Source: the human T2T-CHM13v2.0 reference genome, Homo sapiens
DNA: 64,000 nt
Strand: one strand, 5' to 3'
NCBI RefSeq assembly: GCF_009914755.1
Contig: NC_060937.1
A program made the translations under genes and the position numbers. Of this stretch, positions 12,363 to 25,025 are shown one piece after another. Below the pieces are notes generated by a model. The model was not told where the DNA came from. It saw only the letters and a program-made list of their open reading frames with translations, and searched no databases. Numbering within the stretch: the stretch's first letter is position 1; each line of letters opens with the position of its first letter.

Positions 12363-14216
12363 TATATAAAATTAAAGCAAAATTTTCATGAAACAATAAT
12401 TATCCAATGTGCGTTACATTTTAAACATTTCTGTTCTTAAAATGTTCTTGATCATAATAAAAATGTTTGATTTTATAATATACTTCGAGTAATTCAAAAT
12501 TTCAATAATGTCAGTTTAGAAGATGTGTGTTCATAAATACAGCTATTTTCATTATAACTAAAAATCAATAATATTTAGGAAAGCAAATTCAGTGGAGAAT
12601 GTAAATCACAAGGTACCTTTTAAAACCAAATAGAATTAGAATTTGAGAATTACCAGTCTGCTTACCAGGAATTGTTTTGCTTCTCTTGAAAAATGACATC
12701 TTGAATTTTGTTATGTTTCTCTCCTTGTGTTACTACAAAGCTCAGTGTCAAATTTGGACATCATAGCATGCATTTTTTATATTAATTTCACCTCTGACTT
12801 TATTCTCTTTTTTTTCTTTTTTTCCTGGAGTTCTGAAGTTGCTAAAAAAGGAACCCTATGGTGTTGTTTGTATTTTATAAGGTACATTTACAGCTTTTGG
12901 ATCAAGATGCAAGTAAATAAATAAAATCGATATTGCTATTACTGCTATCAGTGCAGACAAGTGAGCACCGAAAATCTCTGAATTCTGTAATGTGCTTTGA
13001 ATTACTTTGTCTGCATTACACAGAACACTCCTTGCTTTTAATGTGTTTGTGCCATCATTCCATTGTCACTAGTTCAGGCTCATGCACTTGAAATTCTTTA
13101 GTTACAGTGTGAACAGAAACTCATGAAAATGGCATCGAGAGCTTGGAAATATTTGCACCTGTCTCTCTAGCTAATGCTGTAGGGAGATAGCTCCATATTT
13201 CAACATGTTCCTATGGAACGTTGTGTTCCAATTACCTTCTATTGTAATTCACAGGTTGTTATGGTAGAGATTTTGACAAGAACAAAAAGTCTCTGGTGAA
13301 AATTTGATGCTTTTATACAGTTTTTAAAAACCCTAAGCATGCTAATTACTTCAACGATGACATGTCAAGTGCATCCCTGAAAAGGGGGCTTGGTGCTTTG
13401 GAACACGGGTGATGCTGTGACTACCCAATGGAAGGGCAGATATTTGCCCACACGCAATTACCTATGGTAATTGTGTCCCGAGTGAAAACAGGCTTTATGC
13501 AGCCTAGTGGAATAATTATGAAAGTCAGAGGAAGCAAATGAACAGCAAGATACTGGCTCAGAATAATTCACAGGCAGCAATAGACACCAGCCTGTCTGGG
13601 AGTCTATAGGTCTTCTGTGTTTCACCTATGTTGGTTTCCAAACATGTCACAGATGTTTCCCAAATGAACAGGTACCTGAAACCAAAATATTATATCGGAT
13701 ATATTGAGTTTTACATTGTATGGTTCTCATCATATGAGTGAACATCTGTACTGGTTTCAGATTTTTTAAGCAAATTTTATAGGTTTTAAAATGCGAGTAC
13801 TGATCAATAATTCAAAAACAAATACTGAATTCTAATGCCCAACATTGTGTTGATTGATTAAGAATTTTTCGAAAATACATCGGTGGTTCACAGATTTCCC
13901 AGCAGATTATTGACTCCTGGGCCAAATCATGCAAATATGATGCTTTGTTAAAGATCACAGAAAACCTGGCAGATTTATTAATACCTGTGCATGCTCTTAT
14001 CTTATGCCACTGTTACTATTGTTACTGTCACGAGCTTTTCTTCAAAAGGTGGGGAGAAAAGTCCCAGCAACAGTAAGAGAGAGATGAAGATTTACTTCTC
14101 TGCATTCTCTTTCTGCTCCTTTGTTAAAAGCCTCCTGGTTCTCAATTGAGGTTTGCTGATCTTCTTCATTTTCTCTGCTTCTTCCGTGTCGAGAAAGAAG
14201 TTACTGGAAAAAAAAT

Positions 14217-14360
14217 CTTAACAAATGTTTATTGGCTACTTTCTCTGTGCTAGCCACTGTGCTCCCTAACCCTTGGGATGGAGCAATGAACAAGTCACCC
14301 TGTCATGTCCTTCATGGGGCTTGATAGTCCAAGATGGGCTGGCCATTAAATAGAGACTTA
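14217..14360 (-). mobile_element. L2 3'-end fragment
   Basis: AACAAATGTTTATTGG...TGTGCTAGCCACTGTGCT...GCAATGAACAAG...CCTTCATGGGGCTT. Confidence 0.7.
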
Positions 14361-17300
14361 CAAAGGGAATTTGTGTGCCAGAAATTTATCATCTAAACTT
14401 TATTCTTCAACCCCAAGACACTGGAATGCTACAGTTTTCTGTTTTGTAAGTAGATATTTTCTGGGGGTTTCAATTTCTGATGAGTGGCATTTCAATTTCA
14501 AGACTTACAGAAATGTTTTCAACAGATGCTCAAGTAGTCTCCTGAAGAATCTGCAGGGAGCCCCCTCTAATGTATGCCACATATAAATTCATATTTTCCT
14601 TCCAAATTCCTTAGGAACTTTAGTCAGATAGCTTTTTTTTCGATATCTGAAAAGAAAATGAGGGTTGGTTAATTAGAATTCCACATAAAACCCCCACAGA
14701 GACCATGATGACAGTATTGTCTGCTTTTTGTTTCAGCCTAGTGGCTGATGGTCAAATAAAGTTTCTTCAACAAAGTTTCTCATATGTCCTGGATGCCTGG
14801 ATGGCTTGGTCTTTTTTTCTTTTTTTCTTGTAGAATACAACACCATAGGAGTAGGAGTAGACATTAAAATACCTGAGAACTGTCTTGCTGGATTATTGCA
14901 TATAAAAAGAAAAAAGGAGCATGCATGTTTTTTACAAAAGAATCATTTTCCTTCAGGTAAGGATACACAATGAGCTGATTTACTTTTAATGAGTTTTAAT
15001 CTGTCATTGTCCGTTCTTACACTTATATTTTCCAAATCAGCATTCCATTGTCTGCATAAGACTGGAATACTTTTCATATATTTTTAGAGACTTATTTTTC
15101 AGAGGGCTTCTTTTGTTTTGGAACACCTCTTTGTCCTTTTTTTCACACATGTAGTTACTTTTCAGGAGTCTCAAAGCATCTATGACTTTAACTACCTACA
15201 GTTTTTAATCAGGAAACTCAGGGCCTCAAAACAATATTTTCTTGGTGAGCTGAGTTTATGCTGCAGTTTTATGAGTTATAGTACATTTGGTACATTACGA
15301 ACAGTTTCTTATACACCCAGGTACTTTAAAGATATGTGGTACTATATAGCAATTAACAATTAAAAGCTCAATATTTTAATCAGATATTTATTTTTTGTGG
15401 TATTCTGTGTGCTAAAATTTGCAAGAAAGTAATAATGCCATAACATCCTCTTTGCCTTTATTATGCACATTTTTACCCACAGATCTACTAAAATGTGTTT
15501 TTTAAATATATATGTATATGTGTATATATGTATCTATAGTACCTATATATACCTTTCATACATATACTGATATTTATATAAAGTTCCCTCTCTTTTAGCA
15601 TCTTTATTAAGAAGAATTAGTAATATTATTAAAACAACAAGGCATTTTAATCATGTATGAAATCTCAGGCACTCCTAAAATTGAAGAGCTAAGGAAAATA
15701 CTATTTTCTTGTGGCTAACATTGTTGATGGTATTAAATAAAGAGGGGCAAAACATCAATAGTTGGTCTGAAGAAGCTGGACAACATTTGGTTCAGAGATA
15801 GATGACAACAGAAGTTTATTATAGAAATCAGAAGAGTTCAAATCATGCCTTTTATTTATACATGTTTCAGGCAGCGTTCATAATTTTAAGAAATGATTGT
15901 AAGTAATAGAAAGAAACTTACGGGGGCATAAGGTCAAACTTTTGCCTATTTATTTATGCGAGATTTCTTTTTGAATTTTGCCATATATATATGTAAAATG
16001 GAAGATAAAGTCTGAAAAGGTAGGAATAGTAGGAACTATGGGATGAAGGACTAGCAATATGAGCTGTAAATTCTAATGTTAACTCTGTCATCCAGTAATT
16101 TTGTGAACTGAAGCCCCTTGGCCTTTCTCCTCTGTAACTTAAGAACAATTGAGCCCAAAGACACTTTTCTTCAGGTTATTTTAGACACAATTGCCTTGCC
16201 CAGGGTCCCTCTGGCTATAGTTTCCTTCTTGATGCACTAGAGAGCCATTGAAGACAGCACAGTAGAAGCAAGATGATTTATATTTCCAGGTTCTTTGTAA
16301 ATCTACCAAGATTCGATATGTCTGTTCTTGGCCTTGAGAAGTCAGGCTTATTTTGTCCAAAAAAGCAAACAGACACAAAGCACTTTTCTAAGATGTGGAG
16401 TGACACTTGGGTCTTCTGTAGGGCACTTTAGATTTCTCAGCTGAAGCTAAACATTGTCAGGTTAAGTGCTGACTACACCAGGTGTAATTGCCTAGTTCAC
16501 TTTCCCTGGACCAAAAGTAGTGGTGAAGACCCTGAAATCCGGCAGTTTGAGGTCAAGTTTGGCATTGGTCTGAAAAAACATACTTGCCTCGGGAGACCTG
16601 TGCGTAGAGACAGTACTGGCTTCCCAATCAAGGAAGGCCGTGGAGGGTGTGTGTGGGTGGGAGCTGGGGATTTTGTTGATTCTAGCCCCATTTGAGAGAG
16701 AAATCCTGATTTATATTTGAAAGCTGTGGTTTTAGAATCACCATCAGAGGCAACCTGAAACTAATAAAACTGGGACAGAGATGTGTAATAAAGAAATGAA
16801 TAAATAAGGGAATAAAAGAGTAAAGAAATGAAAAATCCAAAAGTCTTCCAACTTCACCTTATGGATAAAATTATCTTTGACCACACGGATATTTCTCAGA
16901 GGTTGATTATACAACTGCACTTCTTTTGAAACAGAAAAATATGTTAAGTAAGTGCTAAATAATGACTTTAAAATGATATTACCACCAGAGCTTAAATAAA
17001 TCAAAATATGGTGACTCCCTGAGATAAAATTTATTCTCTACCAGGTACTGGCCTTATTGAGAAAACTGGCTTTTTCTGTTTTGTAGAAAAATGGGAATTA
17101 AACAATACTAAATCTTTAAACTCCCCTTTCTATTAATAAGCAGACTCCTCATCAGGATGGACTGCAGTTCCCCAAAGAGATTGAGGAACAGAAAACGTTT
17201 GCTGAATTTATTGTATGTAGATAAGAAAATAGTCACTCAGGGGATATGCATAATAACAGCCAAGTTCAAATTTACTTTTGTTCTCTCTAGTTTTGTACCT

Positions 17301-17631
17301 GCTCCTCCCTGAACAGGGACCCAGGGCCACAAGAGGAAATCTTTTGGGATCAGAAGCAAAGTGAGAATTTGATGCTCGAAGAAGATCAAATTCTTAACGA
17401 GCTTTATCAAACTTATTTTCAAGAAACATGAGCTGTGGTTCTTGGTGAGAAACTCTGAGTTGGCTAAAGGATGCATTTGTTGAGGAAGTAACTCATAGAA
17501 ACCAAAGCAGATTTTATTTCCAGAAAGTGTGGTTTGGGATGGAGGCATGATCATATAAATGGATTTTCCAGAATTACTAAGGGGTGGGGAAACACCCTGG
17601 CTCTGGCAGCTGGGCCTTCTTTGGCCTAGAA

Positions 17632-18107
17632 TAGTGGTCTCCAACCTTTTTGGCACTAGGGACTGGTTTTGTGGAAGACAATTTTTCCATGGATCAGGGC
17701 GAGAGATGGTTTTGGGATTTTTCAAGTGCATTGCATTTATTGTGCACTTTATTTCTATTATTACTACATTGTAATATATAATGAAATAATTATACAACTC
17801 ACCATAATGTAGAATCCCCGGGAGCCCTGAGCTATTTACCTGCAACTAGACGGTCCCATCTGGGAATGATGGGAGGCAGTGACAGATTATCAGGCATTAG
17901 ATTCTCATAGGGAGCGTGCAACCTAGATCCCTAGTACGCACAGTTCGCAATAGGGTTTGTGCTTCTATGAGAATCTAATGCTGCCACTGATCTGAGAGGA
18001 GGCAGAACTCAGGCAGTAATGTGAGAGATGGGAAGTGTCCGTAAATACAGATGAAGCATTGCCCGCTTGCCACTACTGGTTCATGGCCAGGGGGTTGGAG
18101 ACCCCTG
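17632..18107. mobile_element. MER1A (hAT-Charlie3 derivative), complete with TSD
   Basis: Termini TAGTGGTCTCCAACC / GGTTGGAGACCCCTG. Perfect 8-bp TSD GCCTAGAA at 17624-17631 and 18108-18115. Confidence 0.93.
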
Positions 18108-18449
18108 GCCTAGAAGATAGTTTGTCCTTTATTGGGATCCCTACCTTCTACCTGCAAATATTTCCCTAATTTTTAGTTATCTGTATCATTATTAATTATT
18201 TCATCAAATTAAAATATGCACTCTAATTGGCCAAGCTCTGTATCAAGCCCTCAATGTTTTAGGCTTGTTGAGCATCTTACAACCAGTGTGGGGTAAACTG
18301 AAATGGTTCACTAAGCAATCCTCCAAAGAATACAATTCTTATAGCCCTCAATCAGTTTAATTCAATGTAAAACCCCTAGGTTTTCCTCGATGTGATTTCA
18401 AATTGTCCTGAATTCTTCAGGCAATTAATTCAACCCTTTGTTTTTCTTT

Positions 18450-19035
18450 TAACATTAAAAAAATCAGGAAACTACAAAAAAGGGGAAAGAATAGTCCAAT
18501 GACTATCTATTTTTCTTTTGCCTAGATTAATTGATTATTAACTTTAATCAAATTTTAATATACCTTTTCAATCTCTATATAAATACGTGTATTTTTTGAT
18601 TAATTACTTGAAAATAGATTATAGATATTATGACATTTCACTCATAAATCCTTAGCGCTGATCTTCTAAGAATAAAGAAAGATGTTTTCCTGTTTACCAC
18701 CATATCATTATTACACCCAAGTAATTTAAAAAGACTCACATGCTATTAATTAACATACAGTTCATTTTCAAATTTTACTAGTTGCTTTAAAATGCCATTT
18801 ATAGCTATTTTATTATAATTCCAGGATCCAATCAAGTTTTAATTCTGCATTTAGTATTTTTTAAATTTAAATAATTTCTCCTCATCTTTTTCATTTGTTT
18901 ATTTTCTGTGTCAAAGACTTTTTTCAAAAATCTAGGCCAGTTGTAGAATGTTGTTTATTTTTGATTTGTCTGATTGTTTACTCTTGATTAGAATCAAGTT
19001 AGACCTTTGTTTGGCAGGAATATTGCAAAAATGAC
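18450..19035 (-). mobile_element. L1MC4/5-like 3' region (left part; resumes at ~22203-22420)
   Basis: TTGAAAATAGATTATAGATATTATGACATTTCAC...CTAAGAATAA...CCAGGATCCAATCAAG...TTTGGCAGGAATA. Confidence 0.7.
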
Positions 19036-19422
19036 TGTGGTATAGAAGTTAGTGTCCAAAAAAGTTTCACTACTCTTCTCCCCTTTTCTTCCCCAGCATT
19101 CCTTAGTGGAGCATATTTCCTGCCCAAGTCTTTAAGTTTGACTTGCTAAGGCCAATGGGAACTCAGTTGAACTTAGTAGAGCAATTAGGATTATCCTGTG
19201 TGCTCCTGCCATTACATAAGAGGAACATTTTCTGGCTCTCAGAAAATTGAGTGATCTCCAGACTCAACCTGAATTGAAAACTTAGCTTGCTGCCAAGCCT
19301 TCCCTAGATCAGCAGAACCCCAGCCAACCTACAGATGTGCAAGCAAAAAGTAAATGTTTATTTGTTGTATGCCACTGAGATTTTATGGTTAAATGTTAAC
19401 AGTAAAATAGCAATCCTGAGAT
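19036..19422 (+). mobile_element. MaLR solo LTR (MLT1H/I-like)
   Basis: Starts TGTGGTA. Contains CTAGATCAGCAGAACCCCAGCCAACCTACAGATG and TGTTGTATGCCACTGAGATTTT. Confidence 0.75.
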
Positions 19423-19450
19423 GTGAGATAGCAATCATGTCTATTTCTTT

Positions 19451-22189
19451 TTTTCTATTGTGCTAAAAAACACACAGGAGCTCTACGCTCTTGACTTTTT
19501 AAGCACTTAGTACAAATATTTAGTTAAATGCACATTGTTGTACATCAGATCTTAAGAACTTTCTTATCTTGCATAAGTAAAACTCTATATCCATTGAATA
19601 GTTCCCCTTCCCCCATCCCCTGGCAATCACCATTTTACTTTCTGCTTCTATGAATCTGGCTACAGATACCTTATATAAGAAAATCATGCAATATTTTTCC
19701 TTTTGTAACTGACTTATTTCACTTAGCATAATGCTCTCAAGGTTCATCCACACTGTAACATATAAAATAATTTCATTCTTTTTTAAGACTGAGTAGTATT
19801 CCATTGCATGTATATATCGCATTTGCTTTCTCCACTCTTCTGTTGATTGATATTTAGGTTGTTTCTATCTCTTGGCTATCATGAATAAAGCTTCAATGAA
19901 CATGACAGTGCATATGCCTCTTCAAGATCCTGATTTTAATTCTTTTGGATTAATACGCAGAAGTGGGATTGTTGGAACACATGGTAGTTGTATTTTTAAT
20001 TTTTTGAGGAACCTCCATACTATTTTCCATAGCAGTTGTACCATTTTACATTCCCGTGAATAGTGCTCAAGGATTCCAATTTCTCCACTCTCTAACACTT
20101 GTTATTTTCTGTTGTTGGTATTATTGTTGTTTTGGATAATAACTATCCTAACAGGCTGAAGGTGATATTTCATTGTGGTTTTGATTTGCATTCCCTGGAT
20201 GATTAGTGATATTGAGCATCTTTTTGTATACTTTTTGGCCGCTTGTGTGTCTTTTTTGGAGAAATGCCTATTCAAATACTTCCGCTCATTTTTTAACCAA
20301 GTTACTTGTTTCTTTTTTGATATTGAGTTGGAGGGGTTCTGTATATATTTGGGACATTAATTTTTTTACCAGATGTATGGATTGCAAATATTTTCCATCA
20401 ATCCATATGTTGACTTTCCACCCTGTTATTTCCTTTGTTGCACAGAAGCCTTTAATTTCATGTAGGTCCCACTTATCTATTTTTGCTTTGGTTGCCTGTG
20501 CTTTTGGTTTTATATAAAAGAAATCATTGCCAAGTCCAATATCATGAAGCGTTTCCCCTATATTTTCTTTTAGGAGTTTAATAGTTTCAGGTCTTAAATT
20601 TAAGCCTCTAACACATTTTGTGTTGATTTCTGTGTATGGTATAAGATAAAAGTCCAATTTCATCATTTTGCATGTGGATATCCAGTTTTCCCAACACTCT
20701 TTGTTGAAGAGACTATCTATTCCCCATTGTGTATCCTGGTATTTTCATTGACAGTCAGTTGACTATGTATATGTGGCTTTATGTCTGTACTCTCTGTTGT
20801 TCCATTGGTCTATATGTCTGTCTTTATGCCAGTACTACACTGTACCATTGATTACTGTAGCTTTGTAATAGGTTTTGAAGTCAAAAAGTATGAGGCAGGT
20901 GGCTTTGTTCTTTCTCAAGATTGTTTTGACTATTCAGGGTCCTTTATATTTTCATATGAACTTTAGTATTTTTTTCTATTTCTGCAAAAAAAGCCATTAC
21001 GATTTTGATGGGGATTACATTGAATCGGTAGATTGCTTTGAGAAGTATGAACATTTCAATAATATTGAGTCTTACAATTCATGAATACAGGATGTCTTTC
21101 CATTTATTTCTATCTTATTTATTTCTTTAGGCCCTTGTTTTCTAGTTTTCAGTATACAAGCATATCACCTCATTGGTAAAGTTTATTTCTAAATATCATA
21201 TTCTTTTTGATGTAAATGGGATTATTTTTAAAATTTCCTTTTCCGATTATTTGTTTTTAATGTATAAGAATATAACTGACTTTGCATGTTGATTTTTTAT
21301 TCTGCAAGTTTGCTGGATTCATTTATTGATTCTAACAGATTTTTTAAAGTAAAATCTTTAGGGTTTTGTACATACAATACCATGTCAATTTTGAAAAAAG
21401 ATAATTTTACTTCCTCCTTTCCAATTTGGATGTCTTTTTATTTCTTTTCCTTGCCTAACTGCTCCAGCTAGAACTTCCAGTACTATGTTGAATATAAATT
21501 GTGAGAGCAAGCATCCTTGTCTTGTTCTTGATTCTAGAGGAAAACCTTTCAGTTTTTCACCATTGAGCAGCATGTTAACTGTAGGCTTTACATGTATGTT
21601 GAGGTAATTTCCTTCTATTTTTTTGATTCTCTTGGGCAGTCTCTTGAAAAGTTGGAATATTGTATGCATGTTCCAACTCTTTCTCTTCCTAGCTGGAAAC
21701 CAGGAGATGTGGATTTGTTTCCTCCTATTTCATGCTGAGCTGGGAAGGGACTAGGGCCAGTAAGTGTGTGCTAGTCTAAATTATTGCTTTTGTTCTCAAT
21801 AGCGCCACACCTGGCACCTCTTCCTGTCAGCACTTAGATTCAGGCAAGAGAAAAACTGGTTCCTCCAATAGCCCCACAAAGAGCCTGAAACTTGTGTTTC
21901 AGACTTTTTTCCCCCCGCTGAGAGATAAGCTGAGAGCTGGGCACTTTTTCTCATTTTGCATCAAACTGAGCCAGAGGGAGGGACTACGGTAACTGGATGC
22001 CACAGATTCATCTATTGGCTTGATATGGCTGATTTTACACTTGTCCACGGTGCAGAAGTCTTTTAGCTCATTTCTGGGTTTCTGACAAAGGGAATTGGTC
22101 CATGTATTGTTTTTGAATCAGTGTCTTCTCCACTGGGAAAGCAGGACTTGGGCTTTCCATTCTGCTATCTTACTGATGTCACTCCTCCT
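19451..22189 (-). mobile_element. L1MA8/9-like LINE-1: 5'UTR joined directly to the 3' half of ORF2 plus 3'UTR
   Basis: Decayed ORF2 peptides (NGEKLKGFPLESRTRQGCLLS, KLDFYLIPYT, MEYYSVLKKNE). L1M-type 5' end GGAGGAGTGACATCAGTAAGATAGCAGAATGG. Flanking repeats TGTCTATTTCTTT (19438) and TGTCTATGTCTTT (22190). Confidence 0.85.
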
Positions 22190-22202
22190 TGTCTATGTCT
22201 TT

Positions 22203-22420
22203 TTACATGACATAATATCAGGTTTACCACTATTGGTGGTGTCACATTTAATCATATGAAACAGGCAGTGATCAATAGAGCCTCTCTTCTTTGAAAATGT
22301 TGAGAAAATGTTAAGTCATCTGTGGATGATATTATGAAATTGTATGGATATCATTTTTCTTAACAGCCTTTCATTCAGTGTTAGCAGTTGTTGATGGTCC
22401 TTACCAGATCAATTATTACG
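22203..22420 (-). mobile_element. L1MC4/5-like, continuation of the 18450-19035 element
   Basis: CCACTATTGGTGGTGTCACATTTAATCA...TAAGTCATCTGTGG...TTGATGGTCCTTACCAGATCAATTATTAC. Confidence 0.6.
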
Positions 22421-22689
22421 TTAGGGCTCTCACCCTCCATCTAATGATGTCATTTGTTCTTCTGATTCCCCCAAGAAAGAAAGATTAGACTTATGTATAT
22501 ATTTGCACACTCCAGAGAAGAGAAATTATCTCTCTCAGGAACATGAAATAACCCCAAACATAATTAATTTGTTTATGTTTTCCTGGAGTTGGAGTCTCCA
22601 TCTGAGTTTTTGTTATAAGATGGAGAAGGGGGCTATAGAGCTGTGCTAATTCCTTCTGAATTATTGTGGGTATTTTCACTTTAATCGAG

Positions 22690-23590
22690 CTGAACTCACA
22701 TTTTGGCATGTTAAGAGGGGTAATTGCTTAATGACAACTTAGGAACTTCAAAAGTAGAGTATTGATTAAAGTATGGTACATTCATAGATTGAAATAATAT
22801 GCAGCCATTAATAGGAATGTTGTAGATAAATATTTAATAACATGGAAAAATGTCTGTATTAACTTAAATCAGTAGGTTATTTAATAACATACATTGTGTA
22901 ACAGTAATGTATGTGTGCATATAGTAAAGTTATATTACATAAAATTAAGTCATCTATTAATTAGGAAATCACTTATAGTGAAAATTATGCTTAGAGGTAT
23001 TTTAATTCACCCATAAATAATAATACACAGTTTTATGTATACACAAACTACTGAGTAATTCTTATACATTTTGAAATTTGAAAACCATTGGGTTAGACTA
23101 AAGGAAAGAATTAAAGGAAAGGCCTATATGTAGATTTTTGGAAATTCAAACCATTCTGTCTTTAAACTAGCTATCAGATCCCTAGAAATCCATTGAAGAT
23201 GGCTGGGTCAAGAATTGTGAAATGTTCCTGCTTTTCTTCAAGAATGATTCCCCTCTTTCTATTATTAAGCCTCTAAATATTAATTCAGTTAAATAGAACA
23301 GTTTGCTATTATAGGAATTTAATGAGGTATGATGATTCATCTTGAGAAAAGCAATAAATAGGTCCTGAAATCTGTACGCAAGTTAAATGCTAAAATGCAT
23401 GAATAATTCAATTCATACTATGCTGGTGTGTGAGAATATGTATACTAAACCCTGTGAAAAAGTATCAAATTATTAACAATGATTAATTGTTATCATTTAG
23501 TAGTATATTTTGGGTCATTTTTATGTGCATTGCATATTTTTGCATTTTCTGAATTTTCTACCTGAATGTTTGTTTCTATGATAATTCTTT
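22690..23590 (+). mobile_element. Old L1ME 3' fragments (discontinuous)
   Basis: TATGGTACATTCATAGATTGAAATAATATGCAGCCATTAA...ACATGGAAAAATGTC and the terminal TTTTCTGAATTTTCTAC. Confidence 0.55.
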
Positions 23591-23754
23591 TATATATATA
23601 TTTTTAAAAAACAAATGATTGTGATTCTCCCTCCTCCATCTTTCTCCTCCTCCTCCTTCTTCCTTCATAATTCTTTTGTATATATATTTTTAAAAAACAA
23701 ATGACTGCGATTCTCCCTCCTGCATCTTTCTCCTCCTCCTCCTTCTTCTTCCTT
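23581..23754. repeat. Two-copy tandem duplication, ~86-bp unit
   Basis: ATAATTCTTTT...AAAAAACAAATGA(T/C)TG(T/C)GATTCTCCCTCCT(C/G)CATCTTTCTCCTCC... starts at 23581 and again at 23667. Confidence 0.95.
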
Positions 23755-24459
23755 AATTAGAGCTTCAGTCCTGAGTAAATCTAGGCAGTAAATAGGCCTT
23801 GGGCTTAAAATAATTTTTTTTCCTATTGTGTAACAATAAGAGAATTCATAGATTAGATATTTGTGGGTTGTATGCACTCTGCCTTGGGTGAAAGTCAGGA
23901 CAACCCTAGCTATTGCCATGATCCAGGGTCCTAGGTGATGGCTCTCTTCTTTAGGGGCAGTATTTGAGGTCAGAATATAAAGAAAGGGCAAAAGGAATAA
24001 AATAAAATTAGTCCCAAACAATTGTACAAATAACCCCAAATATGGTGGTGTTTTGTCCTCTTCAAACTGAGTATAAGTTAACACCTTCACTGTGGTAGAA
24101 CTGGAAACTTCTGAGCTCAGATCAAAGTTTCCCAAGGAGTGTCAAAATGCAATATAACTTATTGGGATTTCTAAAATTAGCTTTCAGTTGATAGTTGTTA
24201 AAATAAAGACCCTAGTTCTTGGTCCAACTAGTGGGTTATCTCTTTACATTGAAGATCCTATTTTTATTCTACCTCAGCCTTCATAATTAAAATTCTTTCA
24301 ACAGATTTGCAAAGTATACCCATAAATATAAAATAATGTGATGGAATAATTAAGTCATACTTTGAAAAAACAGTATTATGAATCCAATGTATAGACAGTA
24401 AATAAGCCAATAACTTAAACTCAACTAGAACATTAATTAGAATATAAACCTTTGCTAAA

Positions 24460-25025
24460 AACAATAGATAACATTTATTGGGCACTACTTTGCATCTAAC
24501 ACTATGTTAGATGTCTTACATCTTAATGTGTGTTACTACCACACATTAATCCTGTGTGATAGTAACTTTTTTATCCCCATTACATAGATAAATAAACGGA
24601 GACTTATAGAATGTCTTAGTCCATTCCTGGTGCTATAACAAAGTACCCTAGACTGGGTAATTTATAATCAACAAAAATCTATTGCTCACAGTTCTGGAGG
24701 CTGGGAAGTCCAAGATCAAGGCACCACCAGAGTCAATATCCGGTGAGGGCCTGCTCTGTTTCAAACATGGAACTTTCTCACTGCGTCCTCACATGGCAGA
24801 TGGGAGGGCAGATCCCTTTAACATCTTTTATAAGGGCACTAACCTCGTACTAATCACCTCCTAAAGGCTGACCTCTTAATACTGTTACACTGGGGGTTCA
24901 GTGCCAACATGTGAATGTGAGGGAGACTCCAACATTCAGACCACAGCGGAGAGTTTAAGTGACTTGGCAGGAAACTAAGCTGATAAAATATAGGGTCCAA
25001 ATTCTGAAGTTCATACTCTTTCTGT
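24460..25025 (-). mobile_element. MIR split by MLT1A0
   Basis: AACATTTATTGGGCACTACT...ATCCCCATTACATAGATAAATAAACGGAGACTTA, resuming TTTAAGTGACTTG at ~24953. Confidence 0.7.
24612..24948 (-). mobile_element. MLT1A0-like MaLR solo LTR
   Basis: TGTCTTAGTCCA...CACAGTTCTGGAGGCTGGGAAGTCCAAGATCAAGGCACC...TTTTATAAGGGCACTAA...AACATTCAGACCACAGCG. Confidence 0.88.

Larger units (their letters stand above)
11709..12515. mobile_element. MER112-like hAT-Charlie element split by MER2 (arms ~11709-11770 and ~12363-12515)
   Basis: CAGGGGCTTTCACAA...AATATATTTTA and AAAATTTTCATGAAACAATAAT...TTTCTGTTCTTAAAATGTTCTTGATCA. Confidence 0.5.

Noticed and set aside
23665-24135. 156-aa minus-strand ORF
   Set aside because: Non-ATG start, no homology I recognise, and the tail comes from the (CCT)n tandem duplication.
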